A DNA stretch of 56,718 nt, the filler included, from Sphacelaria rigidula (Eukaryota), in NCBI GenBank assembly GCA_964200075.2. It is 7 parts of 7 records of this genome, joined end to end, with 100 filler letters (N's around TTAATTAATTAA, not from the genome) between each part and the next. Parts side by side here need not be neighbours in the genome. Positions count along the whole stretch, not along the records: positions 1 to 8,017 come from CAXNAA020012625.1; positions 8,118 to 16,134 come from CAXNAA020012626.1; 5 more parts are not named here. The stretch is one strand, 5' to 3'. Positions 1-12,304 of the stretch are shown one piece after another. Both the position numbers and the translations under genes were made by a program. How positions within the stretch are numbered: position 1 is the first letter of the stretch; every line of letters starts with the position of its first letter. The notes below the pieces were generated by a model, which saw only the letters and a list, made by a program, of their open reading frames with translations, was not told the DNA's origin and did no database searches.

Positions 1-19
1 CCTAGGGATTGATTCGTAC

Positions 20-80
20 GAGTCGAATCAGTTATACTAGAACCAACTAATTTTCCAGACGAATCATTATTTGTCCGACC
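20..80 (+). repeat. Dispersed repeat or transposon end shared with the start of scaffold 7 (48703-48762)
   Basis: 'ttatacta(g/a)aaccaa.taattt(t)ccagacgaatcattatttgtccgacc' is near-identical at both scaffold starts. Confidence 0.75.
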
Positions 81-3000
81 CTTGCGTAGTTCATGCACGA
101 TCTCACGCTCCTCCCCCCCCCGTCCCTCATTCCCACCTACTCCAGCATATCCCATAGCGTCGGCCAAAAATCTGGATCCTGGCCACATCTTGCCGCTCTG
201 TCGGCAGCAAGGGCATCGAGTGGGCAGGATGCATTGTTCGCATCCCCACCAAGCACACCGCCCCAAGCCTACAGCGCAAGAAAGTTACCTTCCTCGGCTG
301 GCAGGGCAACTGCGAGTGGTGGCGGAGGGGGCGGCAGTGCGAGGGCGCGGGAAAGCGGGAGTCGGCGTTCTAAGCTCCGAACGACGTTTGCGCACAGCCC
401 TCCACAAGAAGAGGGGGCTCCTGCTGTGTCGCCGACGGGGCTAGGGGTCGAGGTCCGAGGAGGAGGAGGGCGGGGGGAAGGGCAGACTTTTGGTGGGATG
501 AACAGTGCGGAGGAAGGGTATATGTCGTTTGCGGCTCTGGGATATAGCAAAAGCGTGGGCCCGGAGTAGGTGAGGAGTGTGTGTGGATGTACACGGCCTG
601 AAAGGACAAAGTTGGCGCGTAGTTTTCATGTGCCCAGCCAAAAAAAACTGCGTTTTTACTTTTCCCATTCTGGTGGTAAGGGAAGACTTGTATTCAAGTG
701 ATTCTCGTCTTCGTTTCCGTTTTTGTGTTACTTCGCTCAGGAATAGATGTCAACCCTCAAGCGAGCGGATGACGGTCGTGTATCGTATTGTTTTTTGATT
801 GTCGTACACGACTGCTTGTTCAGCAAAAAGATTCCTGAGCTCTTTTGTGGTCACTGGTTGGAGGGGGGGTGAAATCGAGTATGTGTGGTTAGTGTGTGGG
901 TATGCGTGGTAGGTGGGTGGGTGTTGGCGCGTTCGATTCATGACGATGACTTTCGAACACGCAGGTCGGGTCAATCGCTGGATGTCTGGTTTCGGGTTAC
1001 GCTACAGTCACAACATGCAGACTACAGCTTGTATTCGGTAGTAGGCGTTGGTGTTTTTTTAGAGGGTACGCGGGAAAACAGGGGTAGCGTAGTGCATCCG
1101 TGTGTACTGCAAGTGTGGGCTTTTTGCTCATCTGTTCAATGGTCGGAGAGATGTATGCGTCTCAAGCGATGGTTGATCCACAGCTAAGAGGGACCACTTT
1201 ATTGTTGAGCTGCGATTTTGCCGGAGCATGATGCACGAATATGATTGTCACCTGAAAGAGACCGCACAGACATGAGGAGAATGTACCTCGGAGGGTGTCG
1301 GGGGCAGGGCAAGTAAAGTGTTCAGAGATAGCATATTTCTGCTGCAATTCGTGCCGAAGTTTGAGCACGTCAAGGTAAGGCCACGCCGTAGAAGATATGG
1401 TATGCTCACGCTGTGCTCGTACAACAGATGTGGACCGTGGGGTTCGATTGCTGTACGGCACACTCCACGCCCTGTGATGTCGACCTCCCGGCAAAATGCG
1501 ATCAGGCTTGAAAATTGAAACAGGCTGTCAGTTTGGTGAGGCATTTCAAGAGTATTTTTCACGTGTACGCTGTACTTCCGAGCAGTTTGCCGTCGGGCGC
1601 ACAAATGGTGGGAAGAGTACTGTTGAAACTCAGGTTGAGGAATTTTTCCCCCTCGGTATATGCCGCTGTAGTCGGTTTGTACTTTTCTTGAGCCGGTTGC
1701 AATTTGATATCTACGCTGAGAGAGAGCTGGCTTGAAAGAGGGACATAATTTGAGGGGTCAGAAGGGGGGCGGCGTTGGACCACGAGTTCTTGTAAAAAAG
1801 CCAACCTCGTACTGGGCACGGAAATCAGGGGTGTGTGTGTGTTTGTGTGTGCGCGCGCGCGTGTGTGTTTTCTCATGCTTGCGATCCGACTCTTGATTCA
1901 TCTGCTCGGAAATACAGTAGACCATGCCGTTGGCATGGCCTTTTCATTTTACGGGAATCAACAGTTGCAATTTAGGGATGCAGTGAGTGCTCCAGCTCGT
2001 GCAAGGTTGATACTCCACGTGGCCCGAAAATAAGGGTGGGTGCTAGGTTGGTTGCAAGTGGGCGAACGCCCTGTGTATGTATGCCGCACCCTTTTACAGG
2101 ATACGGGTTGGGAACAGATATGAGAGAGAAGTGAAACAGATCAGGGTTTGAGTGGGTGAGGAGTACTGTAGTACAGATCGAATCAGGGTTGGATGATTGT
2201 TTTGAAAACGTTATAATTCTTCCGCTTGACTTTCATTTGATCTGAGTGCGACGTATGATACGGCACTTAGATGCTCGCATGATCGTTGAATGTGACCGGA
2301 TATCGATTGTTGCTATTATTCCTCTGTGATGTGCAGCGATAGACCTGCTTCTGCACTTTTGTTTTATCTATTTTGCTTGTATGGTGGTAAGAAAATATCT
2401 TGTTGCGAGTGGCTGCCTGTCTTGGAAGTAGAGCATGACCAAGCCATGACAGGGTTACTCCCGATGTTGGTGGCACGGTTGGGGCACGTGCGGGAGGCAC
2501 GTATTTCCGGCGGTGGAGTGAAGGACAACACACAATCTGTCGAATCTGTTCATAGATCGGTGACGGCGCTCGCTTGCGAGTGCGGGACGAAATAATTGCC
2601 GTTTGTGTCTTGTGCCGCATGTGCGCCGCGCACGGGTTTGGTCGCTTAGCGCAGGTTTAAGATAAACATGTTGGATTTTTTACGCTTTTCTTCTTGTATA
2701 CGACTGGTTGTAGATGTCTCCTACATACCAAGGTACAATAATTAGCCGTCGAAACATATCTCGCGATGACAGTAGTCATGACCTTCGGAGTGCAAGCCCG
2801 CGCAACAAACCAGATCTGCACGACCAAAATGCTGGCGTTGGGTGTGATTGTACCGGTCCAATAAGAAACAGTTACAGTGGGCATACGAGTTTATCCGATA
2901 CCACGCACGTGGACGCCGTTGGCACACGATGGTAACTACCCGATATACCGTGAATTTCCAGTTGATCCACCCTCAACAACAACTATGTCGACATGTTTAT

Positions 3001-3539
3001 GTGCTATTACGTCGGCTACCCCACCAGTATACTCCACTCCAGTGGAGTGAAATACAGTCAAAGTCTTCATAATAGACACACAAAAAGACTAACCGTGTCA
3101 CTGGCTCATGATCGCGAGCAGCATGGCGAACGCGTGTACCGCGACGCTGCGCCGCCACACTCGGTCACCAGATATCACTTGCGGTACGTCCAGCCAAGCC
3201 ACTATGATTGGCCTCCAATGCGCCAAATGTGAAAGCTACCGAGCTGAGCTGACCAGCTAACCCTGCGGATATGAAACCTCTGAGTTCACGTCTGTCCCAC
3301 TGCCATGGAGTACGCCTTCAGTGGTTGTACGACGCGAGATATGCACAGCACTCGGACTTGCTTGCCCGTTCGTGCGATCGTCTTCTGAAGTTGTACTCGA
3401 CTCGGACTTGCGCTTCATACCTCTGCCTGAAAGGGTTGAACTTCCTTCCCCATCGACAGTTCCTTCGGCGATGTAAAGTGCTACGTCTGAATAAATCTGC
3501 GGTTTCTCTGTGCGACGGGATAGGCGGGCGCTCTGTTCC

Positions 3540-5245
3540 AACGTGTGGACTATTATCCCGGCCAACACATACTCCTCGAAGCACCTCTCCTGAGAGCACC
3601 TCTCGTGTAGCATTTGAACCACCCCATCCTCGGTATGCTGCTTGCAGGACTCTGCCTTCCCGATGATTTACTCCTCACTACATGACGACTGCTTGGAGCA
3701 GCCGTTGGAGCAACCCTCGCGGGCATTATTCACGAATAAGACCACTCCATGCCCAGGATGCTGTGGGCAGAACTCGGTCTGCCTTCTGCACTTCACGACA
3801 GAAGACGGTCTCTTGGAGCAGCGGTCGTGGGAGAATATGTTGATCACCACATCCTCCATCTCATCCTCGGCATTCTTTGAGCGGAAGTCGGCCTGCATTC
3901 TGCCGTTCACCCCATACAACGGCTGCTTGGAGAAGCCATCGCGGGAGCACCTCTCGCGCACCACATTCACCATTCTGTTCTTGGTCTGCTGTTTGCCGAA
4001 TTCCGCCTTCCTGCTGCCCTCCATTCCATACGACGGATATTTGGAGCAGCCTCCGTGGGAGCACCTGCCTCTCACGTACCGTACCGTTTTTGGCATGTTG
4101 CTTGCAAAGCTCCGCTTTTCTGCTACTCCTACTCCATGCGATAAGTATTGGGAGCAGCCGTCGTGGAAGCACCTCTTGTTCATCACGCCCGCCATGCCAT
4201 TCTTGGCATGTTACTTGCATAATTCCGCCTTCCTGCTGCCATCAATCCCATACCATGAGTACGTAGAGCAGCCGTCGTAGGAGCACCGCCTGTTTTTCAC
4301 GTCCACCATGATGTCCTGGGCATGTTGCTTGCAGAACTCCTGCTTCCTGCCACCATCCATCCCGCACGACAATCTCTTGGGTCAGTCGTCGTAGGAGCAC
4401 TCCTTGTTCTCCGCGTGCTGCTTGCAAACTCTGCCTTCCTGCTACCCTTTATCCCGCACGACGGTCTCTTGCAGAAGCCATCGTGGCGGGAGCGTATCCT
4501 GTTCTAAACCTCGACCACCCAATCCTTGGCATTCTGCTTGCAAAATTCCACTTTTCTGCTGCCCTTCACCTCAAACACCAGGGAGTTGAAGCAGCGGTCG
4601 TCGTAGGATCACTTAGGCCCGTTATTATCGTCGCCGTAGGATAACTTAGGTCCGTCATTATCGACACTTTTTTCAGAGATCTCAGAAATATTCCGACTTT
4701 TCGGACTCTGCGTTCAGACTTCTCCGAAAACGAAGCGGCTTGATTTTTTCTCCGAAAGCTTGATTTTTGGAGAAGCCCAAAAATCTCGGACTGCAACGCA
4801 GCACTTCGGGGAGCTGCGCTGTGAACGCGCCGTGGCGCTCGCAAGCATTCGAGAATCATCAGGTACCTCGCCAATCCCGGCAATTTCGGAGATTTCCAAA
4901 AAAGCAGTGACGATAATCATGGGCCTTACTGTGCAGCACGTTCACCATTCCGGTCTTCGCGTGCTGCCTGCACAATTCCGCATTCCTGCTGCCCTCTATT
5001 CTTTACACCGGGTGCTTGGAGCAGCCGTCGTGGGAGCACATCTTCCCTCTCACTTTCATCACTCCGATCTCCGCGTGCTGCCAACAGGACTCGGTCACCC
5101 GGCTGCCCTCCAACCCGTACGACTGACACTTGGAGCAGCCCTCGTGGAAGCACGACTCGCTCAGCATGTACACCATCCCGTCGTTGGAATGTTATTTGCA
5201 GAACTCCGCCTCCCTGCTACCCTCCAACCCATACGATTGACACTC
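3540..5245 (-). pseudogene. Decayed tandem array of EsV-1-7 cysteine-rich repeats (more than 10 units)
   Basis: Minus-strand motifs 'RCSHGGCSKYPSYGMEGSRKAEF', 'RCFHDGCS', 'CSKRPSSVVKCRRQTEFCPQH' and 'GMVNV' match the EsV-1-7 consensus (C-x-H-x-GC-x-K-x-P-x-YG-x-EG---AEFC-xx-H). Many stops and frameshifts, and interrupted by a MITE. Confidence 0.85.
4616..4925. mobile_element. Tourist-like (PIF/Harbinger) MITE inserted in the EsV-1-7 array
   Basis: TIRs GGCCCGTTATTATCGTC (4616) and GACGATAATCATGGGCC (ends 4925). TTA flanks both sides (4613-4615, 4926-4928). The left end is locally duplicated (second copy at 4649). Confidence 0.8.
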
Positions 5246-6660
5246 ATTCGTCTTGGTGGCATCGGGCGTCGGAGCTAGGCCGATAAACGCAAGTTGTCGG
5301 CGCGATTGTTCTATCCCGCTATTCCAGCCTTGAGAACATGCGCCGACAAATCCTAACGGTAGTTGCGCCTGAAAGAGGTGTCTGCGCGTCACAAGTGTGG
5401 GGCTGTTGATGTCTTCTAAAGGCATCACCTGGCAAAGATTTCGCAAAGAAAAGAGTCAACAGCAGCCGCACGTCAACGATTACACTGTGAGCGGCCGTAC
5501 AGCCATCACTCGAGAACCTGTCCACGATACATTTGAATGAGGGAAAATAGCAAGCGGAATAGGTCAGCTTCCGACGAAGAAATACCGATGAGGGTTCGGT
5601 GGCTTGACGTCACAATTTGACGCCATGCCACGTACCCATGAATCAAACCTCGATGGCGCGTCTTACAGTCGGGGATCTCCACGGAATGAAGCGATTGTGC
5701 TGTACTGTGCTGTAGCAGCACAGTATAGCGCAGCAAGCCGCCACCGAGCTTAGTGCCCCTTCTCCAAGTCTAAATGCCGCCAACTCCACTTTGGGCAACA
5801 CGTCTTGCGAAGCCAAACCAGCTCGTTGACGTAATTCCATCTTTATAGCTTTGCTAACCGAAACGTTTTGCTTCTCTTGCTTAAGCCGGTTCGCCCTATG
5901 TGCTTGACGGGTAAAACGAGAACAAGGCAAAGGAGGCAGGGTGCGACTCAGATCTTCAAGGAACACATAACGTGGAAAGGAATTCTCACCCGCGAGCGCA
6001 GCAGGACCAACGCGCAAACACTATTAGTATTACATCTCGGCTTCTTGGTTCCTATTCTAATGCGTGCAATTTTTCACATTCCGAAGAATCCAAAAGTCAA
6101 GTTCAATGATGACCAAGTAAACCGCTGAACTGCAGTACTTAGACTCCGAAACTAGCGCTCGTCTTGGGCGTAGACACGCAGAATGTTGTTCTGGGGCGGT
6201 TCTACTGATATTATGTTGTGATCTTTTACCCGGTACAGAGAGTAAAACTGTACATGAAAAGAAAAAACATCGATCATTGCACTTGCAGTAGCGTAGTGTA
6301 GTGTTGTAGCGTAATGTAATGTGCTGTGCCGTAAGAGTAGGTTAAGGCCCAAGGACTGCCACAGGAAGCATTAAAACTGGAGGAAGTCTCCGGTTTTCGG
6401 CCATTTTTAAAAAACATGTTCCACGTCTGAAAAAATCCAGAGATCTCTACGATAGAATTCCTTAAATGTAGCCGAGACTGGACGGCAATTTCCGTGCCGT
6501 TGACAGGAAGTCCGGTGAGAAAAAGACGAGACATCCCGTCAAGTATGGCAGAACACAGCCGCGAACTTCCCGCGGGGGCGGGCGGGAATGGCTACAGATA
6601 GAAAGGGGAAAGAGACGCGAACCTTTCCTCATGAACGAAAGAACGACGGCTCAATGATTT

Positions 6661-6927
6661 CACACGTCGGACAGCTCATGACCTACCCAAGATAACTAAT
6701 CGATGGCGACTCTCGGACCCCTCATCCCAAAACACAAAATACATGACGGCAGGGTCCTAGAAGCAAAGGCGCTTCGTTTACGCTACTCCGAGTGCTCGGC
6801 GTCCAGCGCTGTAGGGAACAAATACGAACCCCCCCCGGCCAAATGAGCTATTATAGCTCATGATCCGGATCATCAGTACACCAATAATAAGTGATGTTCA
6901 GGTAGCTCATGAGCTGTCCGGCGTGTG
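6661..6927. mobile_element. MITE, ~270 bp; family member at 32677-32927
   Basis: Imperfect TIRs cacacgtcggacagctcatgacctacc / ggtagctcatgagctgtccggcgtgtg. The internal 'cggcgtccagc...ccaaatgagct' is shared with the scaffold-5 copy. Confidence 0.7.
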
Positions 6928-8017
6928 CATTATTTCCCGTTGCCGATAAACGACGAGACGATAGAACCGTCCCCGCCGGTAGGTTTTGCCACGAGACTTT
7001 CCCTCCGAGAGAAGCCCTGGTTTCTTGCTGACCCCTGCCCTTCTCCGAATTTCACCCGTATCTTCCTGTTTCGCCCTAAGGCCGCCACCAGTCAGGCCCT
7101 TATTTTGTGTATATCTCGTCGAACGTCAAATCTCGCCATCCATGAGTAAGAGCCAGACTTACTCATTTTTGCGCCACACAAGATCTCAAATGCTGCAAAT
7201 ATTGGGCACCTTCAGGCTCTCGTGGGGTGTAAAAGCGGGAGCATTTGGCTTTAACACCGCCAGGCGAGATTTGCCCAAAGCGTGCTACCCGCTATGAATG
7301 GACCACATGAATCCATATCGTCACGCATGTGCCCTGTCGATTTCAGCACTTGCCTTTACTCTTGCGCCCTCCCCGTACAATCCGGCTCTATTCTGGTTGA
7401 ATCTAGGCCTTAGTCAGGCGTGAACGACACTGGCGAGCCTAACGGCTGTGTTCATCGTGGAGTAGGGTCATTATTTCACTGGCCCATGATTCTCGCGATA
7501 ATCTGAGCGTCTCAAAACCGACAGCAGGTATACAATACTGGTACCAAGAGGAATTGGTACTTTACACTGGCCTGATATGTGAGGTGTTTCGGTTTTTCGC
7601 TCCAAAAATGTCGATGTCAGGGAAGGAAAAAGAACATAGAAGAACCTTCTCATCGCGACGATCAATCTGGGGAGGAAGCCGTTCAGATCAGTGTTAGAGA
7701 GGGCAGCAACATGACCACTTACTTGGAGTCGAGGAAGTAAATTAGCACATGTTGGGTGTAGAGTACAACATGAGAAAGCACCATGAAGAGAACATGCAGG
7801 GGGAGCCAGTAGTTTGAGCGGCACCACGGCAGCAGCGGTGGCTGGTAGAGGGGCAGGAATGGCTCAGGCTCCCTGGTGATCTGGCCTCGGTCAGTATTAC
7901 ATATCCCCCTTACGCCTCTACCCCCCCCCCCCTGCCCCCCCCCCAAAGGGGCGTGGGGTCCATGCTCAAACCGCCCGGGCCAGCAACCCAAGAAAAAACA
8001 GGCCGGGGGTGCCCTCG

Positions 8018-8117
8018 NNNNNNNNNNNNNNNNNNNNNNNNNNNNNNNNNNNNNNNNNNNNTTAATTAATTAANNNNNNNNNNNNNNNNNNNNNNNNNNN
8101 NNNNNNNNNNNNNNNNN
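8018..8117. other. Artificial scaffold linker N44-TTAATTAATTAA-N44 (identical linkers at 16135-16234, 24252-24351, 32369-32468, 40486-40585, 48603-48702)
   Basis: Six identical 100-bp linkers carry a six-frame stop palindrome. The segments between them are 8017 bp (last 8016 bp), i.e. size-sorted scaffolds. Confidence 0.98.
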
Positions 8118-8800
8118 CGGGGGGGGGAAGAGCAAATTCCAACTATCTCGACACGAAAGTCCCCCCCCCCCAAAAAAAAAAACGGTCTTCGAGTTTCAGA
8201 TAGTGCCCTCGAGAACATGTGTGCAATTTTTCGTGTTCTAACTCGAAAAATCGGCGTGAGGAAATGCCGGGGAATAGATTCTGGGGGTTGAATCTGGTGG
8301 CGAGTCTTGATTGCCGTTGGATAGGCGTACAAGGTGAGGCGAAAGAGAGGGTAAAAACGTGTGATGGGGAAAAGGGTGGGTACACTGGCTGACCTATATG
8401 CGACTGACCTATATATAAATATGCGTAGTGTTTCGAGTCGGGTGCACGCTTATTTTACGGCCAGAGGGAAAAGTTGCACCGAAAGGAAGTTTCAAGGCCA
8501 CAAGATTGTTTCGGTTGTTGGTGAAAATGCGGCTGGGAACGTTACAATCTTTCCGGTGGTGATTTTTTTTTCAGATTTTCGGGTGCCATGATAGGACATC
8601 CTCTTCCTCTTCCCCCCTCGACAGGATCAAAGGTAGACATCCCAAACGAGCAATCCACTCTTTTGATACATCGCCACGAGTGGTTGTGTGGGGTCAGGGT
8701 ATGGAGCGCGTCCTCCTCAATGCAACCTTACGACAACCACCACCCAACGAGAACGCATTCGTGTCGTTTTTGCATGAAAAGCCCCTGTCCCCCACTCCAT

Positions 8801-9296
8801 GAAGGGTTGGCGTCAAGTGGCAACGACGCTGTAAACATGCCACTTACTGCTCAAGCTAGAAAACCAGGCAACCGTTTTTTTCGCTTGCGTTCCTTTGCGG
8901 TAGCCATGATGGTGATCAAGTTAGATCATCTTGTGCGGCGTGGGGGAACTTCAACTCCGCGCAAAGATGATGATCGTACTTCGTGTTCAAATGATGAGAC
9001 ACCTACGATGAGGCAGTGTGACCTGCGGCTTTCTCTGGAAGTGGCGGTACCAGAAAATGAGGCAACTCATTGGAGACTGTCATTCGTATGCAAGATAATC
9101 AGTACGCTTCGGGCCTAACAATCTTAGCAGGGTGCAACTCACCCCTCATGCGACTCGCCGAACACGTCACGGCGCTTCGCGCTTGGCGATTGCGAGCGGG
9201 CTCGGTCCGCTGAAAACCCGGCGTGCTCCATCCCGGCTGTGTAGGGACGCGAGGTCAATGGTCATATATGACTTCGGCATGCAAGATCATGAGTAC
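8801..9296 (+). mobile_element. Non-autonomous retroelement or LINE 3' fragment, 'family B', longest copy
   Basis: Homologous copies at 11800-11907(+), 24465-24710(-), 29717-30075(+) and 32011-32368(+). Variable 5' truncation and a common 3' end '...gcaagatcatgagtac' followed by a C-rich tract. Confidence 0.8.
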
Positions 9297-11799
9297 AGCT
9301 CTGCTCTCGCTCCCCCTCCTCGCCCGGCCGCTCGTCCGTCCGTCCTTTCTTCCTTGTTTCGGCGGCATTCGCGCAGACGCACACACGTAACCAAGCACCA
9401 CAGTCAACACGACGCAGCGGAGCTTGTGTATGAATAGTCGACGCGATATATCAGGGGAAAGGGGGCGGCAATGCCGTCATGGGAAGAACAAGCCACCGCC
9501 TGCCACGTCAACTATTGCCGAAAGGACGGCTGTGTGTATACGTGCTGGTGCTACTACTGCTGTTGTGGTTGCTGCTGCGCGACGATATTGTTTGCCCGGG
9601 AAAATGCACTATTATTCAATCGAGGTTGTCCGTGTGTGTCTGATTGCGGAGCGAAGCGAAGAAGGTACGCTGAGCGGTAAAAATGCGAAGCAACGACGAC
9701 CGACCAGCGATCGTCGACGAAGTAAGTGTGCAAGGGACATATGTTAATGGAGTGGAGTGGGGTATACGAGCAGAGGTAAGAGGTGTTCAAACCGCCAACG
9801 CCGTCTCGAAAAAGATGTGCGGAGTGTGTGCAGTGTGTGTGTGTGTGTGTGCACGAGGCTTGCTATTGTGATGATAAGTACCTTTGGATAAAAGTGCGAG
9901 TGCTTGTGAAGTAGCTGCTATTCTTTCGGAAGGGGGGGGGGGGGGGGGGGGGGGGGGGGAAAGGGGGGGGAGGGAGGGGGAGGGGGTAGTTGGGGGTTGG
10001 TTTTGTTNNNNNNNNNNGGCATGAGAGCACAACGGGATGATGTAGGCCGACGGCGGTGGCTGCAGCCACTCAGCAGGCGTCGGAGAGGGGGGCTTCAGGG
10101 AGGAAAGTGCAGGGAACGCAGAGAACGCAGTACTAGAGTGTTAGTTTTGTTTTGTTTTGTTGTTGGTCATTTTCGCCGGGGGTGTGTCTCATACCCGTCC
10201 ACTCTCCACTCCCCACCCCTGCTTGCTGAGGCGTAAACTCGTGATGAGAGGGACCGGACCGCATCACACATAAGTCGTCATGTCGGCATTTCTTGTGCGA
10301 GATGTGTAATTTAGTGACTTCGTGCGGGGGTGTGCGGGACATGTGGTGTCGGGCGTGTCTGCGAAAAACGAACAACACAGCCATAGACGTCTGAGATACG
10401 GTGTTATTTTAAAAACTGGAGAACGCGCTTCAAGTGATGTTCGTTGGGCGGAATTTCCCCCCCTTCGATGGCAAGAGGGTCGTCCGCGGTGCGCATACGC
10501 CATGTTGTATTCGAGGTGACCGAGGTGTTGCGGGAGATGTGGTCAGTTGCTCGCTTTTTCGGTCCCTGTGCTTTCTTGTGTGTTCGCGGGGGCGAGCTAT
10601 TTTGTCGTTTCTTGTCCAATCTGCTTCACATATCCGGTTGGTACCGTTTCCGAATGCGCCGTCTTCTGTGGGTTTATTTTCCAGCGGCAGCTTACGCGTC
10701 ATTGTTTTCGAAACCTTTTGTTTTGGGCGTCTCGCACGTAGTATTGTTTTCAAATTGTTTTTGAACGTTGTTTTTCCTTATCCAGGCGGCAGAACTCCCC
10801 CCCACCCCCCCCACCCCCGCCCTCTCCCTCTTTTCGTTTTTTTAGGTACGTTTATAGGTGTATCGATTGGGAAAAGAAGCCGCTATACGCTCTGATCACA
10901 CAAGTATTTCGTGGGATGCCACAAAGATATTAGAGAAACATAATCATTTTTTGTACTCGAGGTACGGGGGAAGGGGGGGGGGGTGCGAAGGAGTTGGAAG
11001 AATTTGTCGTCGCAAGCACGCGCGGGCGAATTCCCTCTCCCTGATAGCCGTGGATACCTCCTGTTTTTACGGCAACTTTGAAACGCCGAATCGTTTGACG
11101 TATCACGCCTTGGATACTCTTGTAACAGCGGTGATCCGTCGGTGACAAGTGATAATTAATGTGATACTTTGGATATTGGGGAAGGAGGGGGTGTAACCAT
11201 GGGGGAGGGAAAGGGGAGGGGGGGGGGCATGCTTTGCAGCTGTTCAAATTGTACTTATATCCTCTATACATATATTGAATATATAAATCAAATAGGGGGG
11301 GGGGGGGGGGGACACCAAAAAGTTTGGGGAAATCTTTGGGAACGATCAGGGTGGGAGAAAAAAAACGGGGGAAGTGTGCACATGTTNNNNNNNNNNTTTT
11401 TTTTCTTTGTCTATTTTTGTTTTGTATGGATTTTGGAGGTTTGGGTTGGGGTGTGGGGTGTCACGTCAAAGATGTTGGGAAATCTTTGGGAACGATCATG
11501 ATTGGAGATATAACACGATGAAGGCTCGAACTTGTCTTTCGATTAAAAGTACGGCGATTGTTGCCCTTATTGAATGAGGGGTGGGAGTGATGTACGGTCA
11601 CATGTGACGATGAGGGGTCACGTATACATGTAAAAGCATGTATTCTCTCAAGCTGATCTAATTCGTACGGGTACGAGTAGGTGTAGTCTAGGCAGTTTGC
11701 AAACGGGGGCAAATATGGGTGGAGGGAGAGTGCGCAGATCGCAACTGTCCTTGGAAATGGTGGAAGGTCAACCCTCCGTCCCCCTCCGTCCCTGTACGA

Positions 11800-11915
11800 A
11801 TGGTGATTGCGAGCCTGGTCCGGCGATAACCCTGCGTGCTCCGTCCCGCTTTTGTAACGATGCGAGGTCAATCGAATTATGACTGCGGCATACAATATCA
11901 TGAGTACACCCCCCC
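11800..11915 (+). mobile_element. Family B 3' fragment with C-rich tail
   Basis: 'tggtgattgcgagcctggtccggcg...gaggtcaatc...gactgcggcatacaatatcatgagtacaccccccc'. Confidence 0.75.
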
Positions 11916-12273
11916 TGCGAAGTCAGCGCTACCCTTACATCTTCGCGCCTACTTGTCATTAGATGTTCACCGCAGCTGGCATCTGACGTCCGCATGTAGT
12001 GTGATTGATAGAGCGGTGGGGCCGGCTAAGGTGTCCTCTCATTCGAGGTTTTTACCCAAGGCCGGGGGAGATGCGGAGGGGGAAGCTCGGTCGGTGAGCG
12101 ATTGACGTTGCACAAGAATCTCGTGTGTCCTGTACTATCTGTTTTGACTCTGTCGAATGTGCATCACTCGGGGCAATCATTTGCTTGCACCACACGGATA
12201 AGGGGAAGATTTCGTCTCAATGTTTGTATCTTTCGTCGCAGGTGTTTTTCATCAGGAGGGGGTCAATGCCGCC

Positions 12274-12304
<31 letters not shown>

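Noticed and set aside
82-2900. Short GC-rich ORFs at the start of scaffold 1
   Set aside because: No recognisable domain or consistent splice chain; likely decayed repeat or intergenic DNA.
3642-4280. 212-aa plus-strand ORF (also 4760-5278)
   Set aside because: Antisense shadow of the EsV-1-7 repeats and the MITE.
8062-8073. TTAATTAATTAA palindromes and ORFs ending in '...LIN'
   Set aside because: Artificial linker sequence.
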